A stretch of DNA of 64,000 nt. Origin: a virus. This document shows, piece after piece, positions 10,812-22,600 of this stretch. The position numbers were made by a program, and so were the translations under genes. The stretch is taken from positions 45,291-109,290 of IMG/VR virus record IMGVR_UViG_3300020159_002019. One strand, written 5' to 3'. Under the pieces are notes generated by a model. It was not told the origin of the DNA. It saw only the letters and a list, made by a program, of their open reading frames with translations, and did no database searches. Position 1 is the stretch's first letter. The number at the start of each line of letters is the position of its first letter.

Positions 10812-11046
10812 GATGAATATAAATCATCTAATTAATTCGGTTAATTTTTACTTCACTTTAGATATTTCTAAATCAAAAGAATATTGGGTTGAATTAAAAA
10901 GTAGATTAGAAAAAATATCTTGGAATGAAGAATTAATTAAAATGTATAATAAACCATTTTATGATAAGTATATAAGTAGTGGTTTATTAAGTAAAAAATT
11001 TGAGTTTAAAAATGGTGTTCCTATTAGTTGGGAGGGAGAAATATGA
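10795..11046 (+). CDS. Hypothetical protein
   Basis: 83-aa ORF overlapping both neighbours in operon. Confidence 0.5.
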   Translation: MKNKNEMNINHLINSVNFYFTLDISKSKEYWVELKSRLEKISWNEELIKMYNKPFYDKYISSGLLSKKFEFKNGVPISWEGEI

Positions 11047-11894
11047 GTTTGGAAATAAATAAAATACATAAAGGATTAACGGAAGAGTTAATCAAACAAA
11101 TGGATGATAAGTCAATTAATCTTATTGTCACGTCACCTGATTACGCTAACACAGTAAATTATGGTAAAAAAGTTAAATTATATAATGAGAATACTTTCGC
11201 TGATTGGTTTATACCGGTTATCAAAGATTTTTACAATAAACTAACTGATGATGGTTCATTTATTATGAATATAAATGATAAGGTATCTAATGGTGAGAGA
11301 AGTATCTATGTTATGGATTTGGTTTGTCGTATTGTTAGAGAAACAGATTTCAAGTTATACGATAGATATATTTGGGGTAAGAAAGCCGCTTTACCGACAG
11401 GTGGTAATAAAAGATTAAATGATAGAATTGAATATATCTTTCATTTTGTAAAATCACCAAAAGATTTTTATTGTGATACAAACGCTATTAGAGAACCATA
11501 TGCGGAAGCTTCCGTTAAACGATTTGACTATAAAGTAATGGCGAATGATGTTATTGATGAAAATGGTTTAACTGATAACACAAAAAAGAAAAAGGTGAAT
11601 GTAAATCCTTTGGGTAAAGTTCCTGGTACATTATTTCAATTCAATACAGCTGCGACTGTAAGAGATGAAAGTTCAGGAAGGCATCCCGCACCATTTAACC
11701 CTGAATTACCTGAGTTTTTTGTTAAATGGCTAACAAAGGAAGGTGATTTAGTTTTAGATCCTTTTAATGGAGTTGCTTCAAGTGGAGTTGCGTCTTACAA
11801 TAATAATAGAAACTATATTGGTTTTGATATGAATGAATTATATATTGATATCAGTAAAGAAAGATTGAATAAATTTAATAAATTAGAAGTATGA
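11043..11894 (+). CDS. DNA methyltransferase, N4/N6 beta class
   Basis: TSPDY motif IV variant, HPAPF, VLDPFNG motif I; ATG at 11043 preferred over TTG at 11028. Confidence 0.85.
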   Translation: MSLEINKIHKGLTEELIKQMDDKSINLIVTSPDYANTVNYGKKVKLYNENTFADWFIPVIKDFYNKLTDDGSFIMNINDKVSNGERSIYVMDLVCRIVRETDFKLYDRYIWGKKAALPTGGNKRLNDRIEYIFHFVKSPKDFYCDTNAIREPYAEASVKRFDYKVMANDVIDENGLTDNTKKKKVNVNPLGKVPGTLFQFNTAATVRDESSGRHPAPFNPELPEFFVKWLTKEGDLVLDPFNGVASSGVASYNNNRNYIGFDMNELYIDISKERLNKFNKLEV

Positions 11895-12151
11895 AAAAAT
11901 TGTTTATTTGGACAAAATTTGGATGTCCAGACTGTATTGAAATGAAAGGTATGTTAGATAACGCTAATATTCCTTATGAGGCTTTGGAAAGTGAATTGTA
12001 TCAAGGGTGGGATATTGCGGTTAGCGAAACTAAAAGTAATGGAGTACCGCAAGCTGAATTCGAATACCCTGATGGTAGTATTGTAAGGGTTTGGAACGCC
12101 GAAACATTGGATGAGTTATTACAAAAAATAAAAGATGAATGGGAAAAATAA
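11891..12151 (+). CDS. Glutaredoxin/NrdH-like redoxin
   Basis: CPDC active site, GVPQ cis-Pro motif. Confidence 0.8.
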   Translation: MKKLFIWTKFGCPDCIEMKGMLDNANIPYEALESELYQGWDIAVSETKSNGVPQAEFEYPDGSIVRVWNAETLDELLQKIKDEWEK

Positions 12152-12232
12152 TCACTAATTTTAGTAGTAAATATTTTACTTTATTAAATTTTTAGTTATT
12201 TATATATTATAATTCTTTGTTGGTTTTATAAT

Positions 12233-12275
12233 TAACCCACTTATCCGTAAAAAGATATAGTGGGTTATTTTTTTT
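12233..12275 (+). terminator. Intrinsic terminator
   Basis: taacccact...agtgggtta hairpin followed by T-tract. Confidence 0.7.
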
Positions 12276-12297
12276 ATATTTTCATCTATTTATATGT

Positions 12298-14892
12298 ATG
12301 AGTAAAATTTTAATCGAAGAAATCAATAGAAATAGAAAAGTGATGGGTATTCAACCCTTAACAGAATCACAAGAATTAGATTTAATATTAGAAGATATTA
12401 ACAAAGAAGTACTAAATGAAGGTTGGTGGGAAACAACTAAATATGCATTATCTAAATTAGGTAGATATAAAGCTAATGGTAAAATCTTGGGTAAAACACA
12501 AGAAACAGCTAAATCTGAAAGTAAGGTTAGGGATTTACTAATGAAAAAAGGTAATGAAATAATCCAACAATTAGATAAAGACATTCGTGGTATAGATCCT
12601 GAATTTCCAAATAACAAATCAAGAGTATCATTTTTAAGGTGTGTGATATTGGTTTCACAAGCTTATGATTCTATTGTGGCGGCAACTAAATTACCTCCAA
12701 CAGATCCTAAGTTTTTACCTATTGATGCCGCCAATCTTATTATTAATGATTTAAGGGAATACGTTAAAAAGTTTTTAGATACTGATTTAAGTGCGGCTTT
12801 TAGTATAATGGATAGTGAAATTATTGATGGTAATTTAATAACTGAAGATGAATTATTAGATGAGGCTGAACCAAGAAGCGCTAAATTATCACAAGCGGGT
12901 AAAACAGGTAAATTCGGCTCAACTAGAATGGATACACTTAAATCAAATAAATTACCTTTATTATTGGCTGGTTTAGGTGTTAGTTTAGGTGGTTTAAGTT
13001 GGTTAATGGATTCAGTTTGGGGGCAAAGATTCATTGAAGTTCCAACAGAAGAAGAAAAAGTTAAATATTTAAAAAATACTATTGGGACAATACAACCAGG
13101 TCAAGGTTTAACTCAATGGTTAAATATGTTTGAAGGTACTGGATTAAATCCAAATTCAACCCCACAACAATTTTTAGATGCCGTTACAAAAGTTGGTAAT
13201 GGTGATTTAGATAAAGGTATTGAGGCTTTAACAGAACAAGGTGGTATATTTAGAAACCCTGATGCGGCTAAACAAGTATTAGAACAAATTAAAAATAATC
13301 CTGATGGTTATAAAAACTTAGGTGAAATGTTTAAAGGGACTTGGGCTGGAACAGGAAAATCTATTGGTGATACATTAGTAACGGTTCCAGGTGCTTCGGT
13401 TGTGGAAACAATAGCAAAAAAAGTTGCTGTACCTGTATTAAAGAAAGTGTTAGTTAAAACTGCCGCTGGTTCAGCATCTCCAATTATAGGTGCTTTAGGT
13501 ATTGGTTTGATGGCGGCTGGTGCTCTTGTAAAGGGTATGAGAATTAAAGGACAGAAACAATCAAGAGCTAAAACATTAAATGACTTATATCAATCATTGG
13601 TAAATTTAGAACCAACAGAAGAAAACCCATCATCAGGTATTATTGAAACAGCTGGTGAAGGTGACGCAACAGGTGGTGATCAATCTAAATTGGGCGGTGC
13701 GACAGGTGTAAATATTGAATGTGTAAAAAATTTAATTAAGGCAACGATTCAGTTAAATGAAATGATTAATAAAGGTGTGGTTAAAAATCCGACTAATAAA
13801 AATGCTGCTGGTAGTAAAGGTAATATTAAAGTAGGTCAAGAATATTTATATAATAATAAACCTGTTTTAGTTCTTAATTTAAAAAATCCTGTAAGTAAAG
13901 GTTCTGATAAGAAATGGTTAACAAAAGATGACATTATTGGTAAAGATACTTTAGGTAATAATATGGTTTCTGTTGTATTTAAAAACAAATTAAATGATTA
14001 TAGTGATATGAACGCCAGTACGGCTGTCGATATTTCTAAATTAAAACCTATGACTGGTGGTAATAAACCACAACCAACACAACAAAAACAAGGTAGATTC
14101 CCTAATTCTAAGCCTTTAACTCAATCACAATTAAAATCTAGTATTGATTCAGTTGTTCATAATATACTTAGAGAGTTTATTGAATTACAAGAAGCGGGCG
14201 CTGCTTGGAATACGGCAAATGCTGCTAACGTAACTCAAACAAACGCACCTAAAGGTGGAGCTTTACAAGCCGGAGAAACAGATGCTGTGAATGGTTGGAA
14301 TAAAGTCGTAAATGCATTTAAACAAGCCAATGTATCTGCATTAGTTAAACCTATGGAATTATTGGTTAATACTTCAATTTCACAAGGTAAAGATACATTA
14401 AAGGCGGCTCAAGAGGATATGATGCAAATAGGTAATTTAATTATTCAGAATAGAGCAACTATTGGTAAAGTAATTCCATTTGAACAATTAGTAAAAGAAG
14501 CTGAAGACCCTAAAATAACTAGAAGTAGGAATGTTCAAGCAATAGCTAAATCGATATCATTAGTAAGTAGAATTATTATGGCGTATAAAGAAGATATTGG
14601 TTTAACAGGTGCTTATGGTAGTGCTAAAGCCCCTATGAATTTATTTATTCAAGCTTATGATTGTGTAGTTAAAGGTGGTGGTAAATCAGGGGGACAAACA
14701 ACTCAAGGAGGGAATCAACCATCACAAGGGGGAAATAACCAAGCAAATCAAGTTGGGGGTAATCAACCTGAAGGAAATGAAGAGGGTGGGACTGAACAAT
14801 CTGGAGGGGAAGAAACCTCAAATCAAAAACAAACCGGTGTTGGATTCGATACAAAAGTTAGTGGTTCTATTAGAGGTGATTACTTTAGATAA
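12298..14892 (+). CDS. Large hypothetical protein, probably virion/head-internal
   Basis: 864 aa; repeated L-x-E motifs; two hydrophobic helices; G/Q/N-rich tail. Confidence 0.55.
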   Translation: MSKILIEEINRNRKVMGIQPLTESQELDLILEDINKEVLNEGWWETTKYALSKLGRYKANGKILGKTQETAKSESKVRDLLMKKGNEIIQQLDKDIRGIDPEFPNNKSRVSFLRCVILVSQAYDSIVAATKLPPTDPKFLPIDAANLIINDLREYVKKFLDTDLSAAFSIMDSEIIDGNLITEDELLDEAEPRSAKLSQAGKTGKFGSTRMDTLKSNKLPLLLAGLGVSLGGLSWLMDSVWGQRFIEVPTEEEKVKYLKNTIGTIQPGQGLTQWLNMFEGTGLNPNSTPQQFLDAVTKVGNGDLDKGIEALTEQGGIFRNPDAAKQVLEQIKNNPDGYKNLGEMFKGTWAGTGKSIGDTLVTVPGASVVETIAKKVAVPVLKKVLVKTAAGSASPIIGALGIGLMAAGALVKGMRIKGQKQSRAKTLNDLYQSLVNLEPTEENPSSGIIETAGEGDATGGDQSKLGGATGVNIECVKNLIKATIQLNEMINKGVVKNPTNKNAAGSKGNIKVGQEYLYNNKPVLVLNLKNPVSKGSDKKWLTKDDIIGKDTLGNNMVSVVFKNKLNDYSDMNASTAVDISKLKPMTGGNKPQPTQQKQGRFPNSKPLTQSQLKSSIDSVVHNILREFIELQEAGAAWNTANAANVTQTNAPKGGALQAGETDAVNGWNKVVNAFKQANVSALVKPMELLVNTSISQGKDTLKAAQEDMMQIGNLIIQNRATIGKVIPFEQLVKEAEDPKITRSRNVQAIAKSISLVSRIIMAYKEDIGLTGAYGSAKAPMNLFIQAYDCVVKGGGKSGGQTTQGGNQPSQGGNNQANQVGGNQPEGNEEGGTEQSGGEETSNQKQTGVGFDTKVSGSIRGDYFR

Positions 14893-14906
14893 AAAATATT
14901 AAATTT

Positions 14907-15722
14907 ATGAAAATTAAAATAACAGAAGAACAATATAATACCTTATTAAATGAAGGTTTTTTTGATAGATTAGGTGCTAAAATATCTGCCGGAACTAAAC
15001 AAATTAAAGCTGTTGGGTCAAACATTAAAAATATCGTGACAGGTGATGGTAAAAGAACAAGTTATCAAGGGATAAAAAATTTAGGTGATGAAACTAAATT
15101 AAAAAGTATTGGATTATCAGTATATAATTTTATTGACAACTCAATAAAAAAAATTGTAGAAAATTACCCAAGTAGAAACGTGGATGTTTCTGAATATTTA
15201 TATCTTTTAGCTGATTTTACAGATCAAAATACTAAGGTTTTAAACCTAAATACTAAATATATTAAAATACCTAAAGCTCAATACTATACAGGTAAAAATG
15301 GGGATAACCGAGAAAATCTTAAACTAAAAAATGAAGGGATATCAATAAATAAAAATATTGAAAATACGATAAAAGATTTGGAAAAATTATTTTCTTCTAG
15401 TGGTAGGAATAATAATGATTTAATTGATTTAGCTTATAAATATATGTATTTCTTAAAAGAATTTTTAGGTGCAAATGAAAAAATGTTGAAATTAAATGAG
15501 AGTAGTTTATCTAAAGATAGTAATTTATTTTTTAATAAAAAAACAAATCAAACACAACCAACTCAAGCGACGCCTAATCAACCACAACCAACTCAAGGGG
15601 TTCAAAATAAACAAACACCTAATCAAACACAACCAACTCAAACTAATTATCCTGGTAGAACTGAAGAGTTGAGACAAAAAATGCAATCTAGATTAAACCC
15701 TAACCCTTATTACGGTAAATAA
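14907..15722 (+). CDS. Hypothetical protein with N-terminal KIKITEEQ...LLNE motif and QPTQ repeats
   Basis: 271-aa ORF; NQTQPTQ repeated near C-terminus. Confidence 0.55.
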   Translation: MKIKITEEQYNTLLNEGFFDRLGAKISAGTKQIKAVGSNIKNIVTGDGKRTSYQGIKNLGDETKLKSIGLSVYNFIDNSIKKIVENYPSRNVDVSEYLYLLADFTDQNTKVLNLNTKYIKIPKAQYYTGKNGDNRENLKLKNEGISINKNIENTIKDLEKLFSSSGRNNNDLIDLAYKYMYFLKEFLGANEKMLKLNESSLSKDSNLFFNKKTNQTQPTQATPNQPQPTQGVQNKQTPNQTQPTQTNYPGRTEELRQKMQSRLNPNPYYGK

Positions 15723-15763
15723 GTAAATATTTACAAAAAGTAAAAGTTTCATATATATAGTGT

Positions 15764-16549
15764 ATGGAATTAGATATAAAGAATTTAGATCAGTTAAAAG
15801 CTATTGGTGCCGCTCAAGAGAGTAATGAACCATACGATGTTATACCCTTACCAAGCGAAGGGTTATTTTACACAAATAAAAAATCATCTGTTAAAGTATC
15901 ATATTTAACCGCGGCTGATGAAAACATATTATTATCACCAAATCTACTTAAATCAGGTAAAGCTTTAGACGTTTTATTGGAAAGAAAGATAATGGATAAA
16001 GATATTAAGCACAATGAATTATTACCTGGTGATAGGGATGCTATATATATTTTTTTAAGAACAAGTGGTTATGGTAATATATACCCTGTTAAATTGACTG
16101 ATCCTAAAACAGGTGACGAATTTGAATATGGGGTTGATTTAAGTGATATAAAATATAAAGAATTAGTTGAGCCTGATAGTAATAATGAATACACTATGAA
16201 ATTACCCTTGTCAAAATCCACCATTAAATTTAGATTATTAACAACTAAAGATATTGAATCAATTGATGAGGAAATTGAAAAGAAAAAGAAAATGATGAAA
16301 TTTTATGTTGATGAAACATCAACAAAAAAATTAGAAAGAATGATAATGGAAATTGATGGTGATAGAGATAAAGGTAGAATTGCTCAATTTATATTAAATA
16401 TGAGGATTGGTGATAGTTCCGCTATTAGAAAAGAATACAATAGGGTAGAACCTGGTTTAGATTTAGGCTTGGAGGTTGAGGCTCCAAGCGGAGAATTTTT
16501 TCGTACTTCAGTACCAATCAGCCTTTCTTTCTTCTGGCCTGATTTTTAA
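15764..16549 (+). CDS. T4 gp26-like baseplate hub / tail assembly chaperone
   Basis: IPLPSEGLFY, LTAADENIL, GDRDAIYIFLR..GYG, ends FFWPDF; upstream of tape measure. Confidence 0.7.
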   Translation: MELDIKNLDQLKAIGAAQESNEPYDVIPLPSEGLFYTNKKSSVKVSYLTAADENILLSPNLLKSGKALDVLLERKIMDKDIKHNELLPGDRDAIYIFLRTSGYGNIYPVKLTDPKTGDEFEYGVDLSDIKYKELVEPDSNNEYTMKLPLSKSTIKFRLLTTKDIESIDEEIEKKKKMMKFYVDETSTKKLERMIMEIDGDRDKGRIAQFILNMRIGDSSAIRKEYNRVEPGLDLGLEVEAPSGEFFRTSVPISLSFFWPDF

Positions 16550-16703
16550 TACTGAAGAAAACCTATACGATGAATTTGATTTTTTATCACATCATAGGAA
16601 TATAACTTGGAATGATTTTTTATCTATGCCTGTTAAAACAAAAAGATATTTAATTGGTAGGGTTATAAAACAATTTGAAGAAATGGAAAACCGCAATAAA
16701 TAA
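16545..16703 (+). CDS. T4 gp51-like segment, probably a +1 frameshift extension of the gp26-like gene
   Basis: WNDFLSMPVKTKRYLI motif; no upstream ATG in frame; TTT-TAA slip site at 16544-16549. Confidence 0.55.
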   Translation, partial: FNTEENLYDEFDFLSHHRNITWNDFLSMPVKTKRYLIGRVIKQFEEMENRNK

Positions 16704-16716
16704 TTGTGGTTTTTTT
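16687..16716 (+). terminator. Intrinsic terminator
   Basis: aaaaccgcaat/attgtggtttt hairpin plus T-tract. Confidence 0.65.
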
Positions 16717-16736
16717 ATTTAGACATATTTATATAT

Positions 16737-17360
16737 ATGAAACTTATAGATTTATTTAATGAAATATTAAAAGAAGCTGATGATTTTAAAATTACTAGAG
16801 ATGGTGGTGGTAGAGTTGCTTCTAAAATTGCTAATGTTGGTAAACAACTAACACCAGGATTTATCAGATCACCTAAAGAATATAAAGGTATTGGTGGCGC
16901 TAGATTAGCTAATAAAAATGTTGAAAAAGCTGCGGATAAAATAGGTTTTAATATCCCTAGATCAAGACAAACTCGTGATGATGTTGAGGGTGAAGATAAA
17001 ACTAATAAAATAACAATATCTTTTACTACGAGAGATAATTACACAGGATTCCAATATCTTAAAGTTAGTGTGGATGATTACCAAAGAATAAAAGAAATTT
17101 TTACTAAAGGTAATGTTAAAATGAAAACAACGACAGGTTATCCGGATTTATTTTCTGTTGATTTTAATCCAACAGGTAATAAATATTTAGTTAAATTTAA
17201 TGATATTATATATAATAAAAAATCACCAAGTTCAGGTGTTATATACACACCTAATACTTATGATATGACATACTTAACAGCTTTGGATATAAATGATCTT
17301 GTAGATAAAAACAAATACAAGAAGTATCAATTTAGATTAAATGTAATTAACAAACCTTAA
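16737..17360 (+). CDS. Hypothetical protein
   Basis: ATG 16737 after TATTTAT motif; N-terminal ILKE motif. Confidence 0.55.
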   Translation: MKLIDLFNEILKEADDFKITRDGGGRVASKIANVGKQLTPGFIRSPKEYKGIGGARLANKNVEKAADKIGFNIPRSRQTRDDVEGEDKTNKITISFTTRDNYTGFQYLKVSVDDYQRIKEIFTKGNVKMKTTTGYPDLFSVDFNPTGNKYLVKFNDIIYNKKSPSSGVIYTPNTYDMTYLTALDINDLVDKNKYKKYQFRLNVINKP

Positions 17361-17373
17361 TACTTAAATAGTT

Positions 17374-19611
17374 ATGGCTACAGGTGGAGATCCTAAAGAA
17401 AGTTTAAATATATATAGGGAAATTAATGATTTAGTTACCCAAATCAACGCTAATATTGAAAGAACTAACTCATTTCAAAGTGCATTACCTGAAGAAATTA
17501 AAAAACAAAAAGAGTTATTAGAAAGGTTAAATGATTTAAAAAGAATTGAAAATGAATTATTAAATGAGGAATATGATTTAAGACAAAAAACAAGAAAATT
17601 AACATTTGATGGGTTAAAAGAGAATATTAAAGCAGGTGAAGCTTATCGTAAAATACAAAAAGAAAACAGTAACTTATACCGTTCAATAAATGACTTACAA
17701 AAAATAGCAGACAAAGCTGAAGGTGAAAGAAAGAAAAATTTAGAAGAAATAATCAAATTAAAAAAACAAGAGTATGCTGAAAATCAAGCGGCTGCTGATA
17801 GTGTTGGTAGGTCCGTAATTGGTGGTAAGGCAATGGCTTCACTTATAGGTAGAATGGTTCCGGTTGCTGGGGTACTTGGTGGTATATTTTCAGAAATTAA
17901 AGATTTCTTCATTAATTATTACGATAAATTAGATAAAGCGGCTAGAACATTGTCCGTTGATGTTGGTATGACATCAGAACAGATGATGAATTTAAGACGC
18001 CAAGCCGCATTAACTGCTGTTCATACACAAGCAATGGGTGTTCATATTGCTGATATGTTGGCGGGTCAGAAAGCTTATAACGATGCTTTAGGTAGGAGTG
18101 TTGTATTATCAAGCAAGATGATGGCTGATATGACCGACATTGCTCTCGGGACTGATTTAGGTGCTGATGGTGCGGGTAGAATGGCAGCTTCTTTTGAAGC
18201 CTTTGGTTATAATATGACTGATGTTAAAGATTTAGTTGAAACAACTTTCATCACCAATCAAAAACTTGGGTTAAACTCATCTAAAGTATTAAAAAATATT
18301 GAAGGTAGTTTAAAAACGGCTCAAAAATATAGTTTCAAGGATGGGGCTAAAAACTTAGCTCAAATGGCTCAAACCGCAACGTCAGTTAAAATGAGTATGG
18401 AATCCGTATTTGGTTTATCTGAAAAGTTATTTGAGTTGGAAGGTGCTGTTGAATTATCTGCTCAATTACAAGTATTAGGTGGTAGTTTTGCATCTTTAGG
18501 AGATCCAATGCAGTTGATATATCAAGCAAGAAATGATATGGAAGGATTACAAAAATCCTTAATTGAAGCAACTAAAGGTGTGGCTATGTTTGATAAAGCA
18601 ACAGGTGAATTTAAAATACCTTCAGCCGAATTACATAGATTGAGAAAAGTTGCTGAAGCAACAGGTATATCTATTGATGAAATGACTGAAAGTGCTTTAG
18701 CATTGGCAAGACAAGAAAAGGCTTTAAGTCAAGTGAAAAATTTATTTGAATTCGATAAAGAACAGCAAGAATCAATTAAAAACTTAGCTCAATTAAATAA
18801 AGGGACTGGGAAGTTTGAAATTTTAGTTGGGGACAATATGGAATTATTGGAAAATTTAAGTCCTAGTAGTTTAAAGAAAGCTATTGGTGAGCAAAATAGA
18901 TTGGCAGATGCCGCAACTCAAAGATTAACATTCTTTGATAAGATGAAAAATTTATTTGAAATTTTAAAGGCTGGATTTGCACCAATAATGGATAAATTTA
19001 TTGCTGTTTTAGATAGAACCGATTTTGCTGAAAATTTAACTAAGGCTATGGAAACTGTTGGAAATGTAATTGGTAATATGATTGAAGGTGGTGGTTTAGA
19101 TAGTTTTCTAAAAAGTTTAATTGATGGTGTTAAAACTTTAGGTGATTTTATAGCTGGCGCTTTTAGTCCTACTAGGAACAAAACTTTAGGTGATGTATTA
19201 AGTAGTTTAGCTGATGTAATAGCCGGTGTTTTTACGGTTGCATATAATAAAGTGGCTACAAAAAGTTGGCTTTTACCTGATTTAGATAAGGGTGAAACTA
19301 CTATTGCGGAATATGCTAAAATAAATAATATAAAAATACCTGGTTATGCTAATGGCGGAGTTGTTCAAGGACCACCTGGTGTGGATAATGTTTTAGCTAG
19401 ATTGACACCAGGTGAATTAGTTGTACCTAAAAATAAAGTCGCTAATGGTTTAAATGCTAACGTAAATATTAATGGTACTTTAAAATTAGATTTAGGGATG
19501 GGTGTTACCGCTGATATGAGAAATGATTTGGCTAGTAGTCCTGATTTTAGATATGCTGTTTTACAACTAGTTTCAAATAATATGACTGAATTAATGAATG
19601 GTACTGTATAA
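17374..19611 (+). CDS. Tail tape measure protein
   Basis: Long alpha-helical Ala/Leu-rich protein; C-terminal YANGGVV...DNVLARLTPGELVV motif; tail-module context. Confidence 0.75.
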   Translation: MATGGDPKESLNIYREINDLVTQINANIERTNSFQSALPEEIKKQKELLERLNDLKRIENELLNEEYDLRQKTRKLTFDGLKENIKAGEAYRKIQKENSNLYRSINDLQKIADKAEGERKKNLEEIIKLKKQEYAENQAAADSVGRSVIGGKAMASLIGRMVPVAGVLGGIFSEIKDFFINYYDKLDKAARTLSVDVGMTSEQMMNLRRQAALTAVHTQAMGVHIADMLAGQKAYNDALGRSVVLSSKMMADMTDIALGTDLGADGAGRMAASFEAFGYNMTDVKDLVETTFITNQKLGLNSSKVLKNIEGSLKTAQKYSFKDGAKNLAQMAQTATSVKMSMESVFGLSEKLFELEGAVELSAQLQVLGGSFASLGDPMQLIYQARNDMEGLQKSLIEATKGVAMFDKATGEFKIPSAELHRLRKVAEATGISIDEMTESALALARQEKALSQVKNLFEFDKEQQESIKNLAQLNKGTGKFEILVGDNMELLENLSPSSLKKAIGEQNRLADAATQRLTFFDKMKNLFEILKAGFAPIMDKFIAVLDRTDFAENLTKAMETVGNVIGNMIEGGGLDSFLKSLIDGVKTLGDFIAGAFSPTRNKTLGDVLSSLADVIAGVFTVAYNKVATKSWLLPDLDKGETTIAEYAKINNIKIPGYANGGVVQGPPGVDNVLARLTPGELVVPKNKVANGLNANVNINGTLKLDLGMGVTADMRNDLASSPDFRYAVLQLVSNNMTELMNGTV

Positions 19612-19638
19612 AAATTAAAAATCATTTATTTATTGTAA

Positions 19639-22600
19639 ATGAGTAACTCTAATATCAAATTAACAGACGAAGCAAAAATACAAATTGCCAAATTATTAGG
19701 TTTTGATATATCACCTGATAAAATGGATGATTACCATCAAATACTTGATGACGCTATTAGAAAAACTGCGTTATTAAATATAAATAATGTTAAGAATCTT
19801 GTCCCTACTGGATTGGAAAATCCTGTTGGTGATCCTTTAATTGAGACACAAATACAAACGCAAAAAAACGAAGTAACCAAAAACATTCAACCAAATGATT
19901 TGGTTGCTTATCACGGAAGAAATGTTATTGACGATTTATTTGATATAGTTGAAGATTTACCTACAAGAAATAACGTAAATCAAATTAAAACAACTTTAAT
20001 TGATGATAACGCTATTACAGATCCTCAACTTAGAGGGGATATAAAAAATCAAAAAAACCAAATACTTAAAAACTTATCTGAAGCCGATGCGTTACAATAT
20101 CTTAATTCAGGTCCAAGACAATATAATGCATTATTTGATGACTTACAAACTGATGGTGCGGTTGCAAATGTTTTAAGAAACGTAATTAATTCTAAGTTAG
20201 ATGATTTTATTGAACCAACAAAAACTTATTTATTAACTAAAAACTTAGAAATACCTGAGTTTATTAATAGATATGGCGCTGGATTATTCCAAAATATTTT
20301 AATAAAAGACTTATCAAACGCCGATACAGGTAGTATAGATTTCTTTATTGATTATGTGACACAAGTTCAAATAGGTAGAGCGTCATTTTTAGGTAATTTA
20401 ATGGTGAATAATACCCCAGGTGTTGATTTAATATCTAACAATCAAATTGAATTAACGAATAAGGGTAAGGATGCTAAAAAATATATAAAATACACAACAA
20501 AAGATGTTGGTAAAGATGTTGATTTAGATAGGATAAGACAAGTTCCTGATACAACAGGTAGTGATGAATACCCTGTTGATGGTTATTTTGTAATTGGAGA
20601 ACAAGGAAATTATAATTTTTCAGATCAAATAAACAAGTTTTCAAGTGTAGAAAGAACTCAGGTTGATATTCAAAACGATATTCAATTACCTAATGAAAGA
20701 ACACTTGATGGTTATTTAATAAATCTTGGTGAGCCAACTAATTCTGCTGGCGAATCTTTAACTCCTTTCATTGGACAAACACAATTCACTAAAAACGATT
20801 TAAGTTACGGTTTCAATGCTAATGGTGGGTCAGAATTACCTGCAACATTTAATTTAATAACTGATTTAGCTTCGGATGGATTACCATTATCTGTTCAAGG
20901 GGATTCTGAATTAGGTAAGGGTGGTTATATATTCTTAAAACAAACAATATTAAATAGGATTGATAGGGCTCAAACAAAAGAACTTGAGGGTAGGTATGGT
21001 AACGTAACTGACGCTATGGACGATCCTTTAGGTGCTGGTGTGGCGTTATTAAAAGGACAAGCACCACCATTTACTTTAAGTTATGATATTACAACATTAC
21101 CAGGATTTTTAACGGCATTTGATGTCGCTAGAAGATTATCAGGTATTGATTTGGGTATAAGCCCTATCCCTGAAGAAAATATTGCGAGTAGTGTGGTAAC
21201 TACTATTAAAAATGGTATAAATACCTTATTTGGTAGAAATATATTTGGTGGTGATATAACTGAATGTGATACTAATAATAGTGAATTAGTTCCTCCACAT
21301 ATCCCAAGAAATAAAACATTATTGAGATATACAAGTTCAGGTCAATTATTTAAGATGTATAATACTTTATCTTACAATAAATTTACCCCTGAATGGTTGA
21401 GAGATCCTGATACATTAGACATATTTGGAAAATTAGTACCAAAACCAAAATCTAATTTATATATTGATAGTGAAAGAAGTTATAGTGTATTTCAGAAAAT
21501 TGGTGGTATATTAGGATTACCTGTTAAAGAACCTGATTCTAATTACGTGATTGATAATACTGACCCTGTAAGATTAAATGACAGTCCAAGAAATAGTGGT
21601 TTAGGTAGTGGTAAATTAAGTGATGATTTTGTAGAATATGATAGTAATGCTGATGGTGCGGTTAAAGGTGGTAGAATTAATACTATTGCTATAAGGGCTG
21701 GAGAATCAACTGACGATATTTATTGGGAATCAAAGACTCCGTTAAGAGATAACGCTTCCTTTGCAAATCCATATGTTACGAATTATGGTCCATTTTATGA
21801 CGATAAACAAAATTGGCTTGTTCCATATTTTTCAAAAGATTATAGTTTTAATGGTGATAGTATTTTATGTGGAACACAAGCTTTGGCTAATAGAGATGAT
21901 ATTATAGGCGATGTTGTAAGAAACTCAACTAGAAGTTTAAGAGGTATGTCTAAGGGTAATGCCGTTAAATGGCCTAATAATGAAACAAATAAAAAGTTTT
22001 GTAGGGTATGGACAAAAGATAATAACTATAATCAAATAAGTGATTTAGTTAGAAAAGGTTATAGAGGTTATGGTAGAGGTTTAATGACTGATACGAAATA
22101 TACTACATTAGATAAGAATGGTATTCCGATAATAGCCCCAACTAAACAAAACTCAATTATAGATGAATATGGTGAAGGGACACTTGATCCAACAATAGCT
22201 AAGAGATATATGTTATCAATTGAAAACTTAGCTTGGAGAGGTGCTAAGGTATTTTTACCTTGTGGTGAAGTTGGACCTAATGGTGGTAGAATTATGTGGT
22301 TTCCGCCGTATAATATATCATTTAGTGATAATACTACTGTTAATTGGACTACGAATGAATTTGTTGGTAGGCCTGAACCAATATATACATATAATAATTC
22401 ATCAAGAAGCGGTTCTTTAGGATTTAAGATTGTTGTGGATCATCCATCCATTGTAAATCATTTTAATAGTAGTATTTATAACGAGGATAATTACGGTACA
22501 AAACCTGGTGAATTAGAAGCTTTTTTCGCTGATTGTGTCAATTACCCAATTGAAGATTTATTAGAAAAATATAAACAATTCTCTAGTGATGAAATAAATA

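Noticed and set aside
15540-15650. AATCAAACACAACCAACTCAA direct repeat
   Set aside because: Coding low-complexity QPTQ linker, not a separate element.
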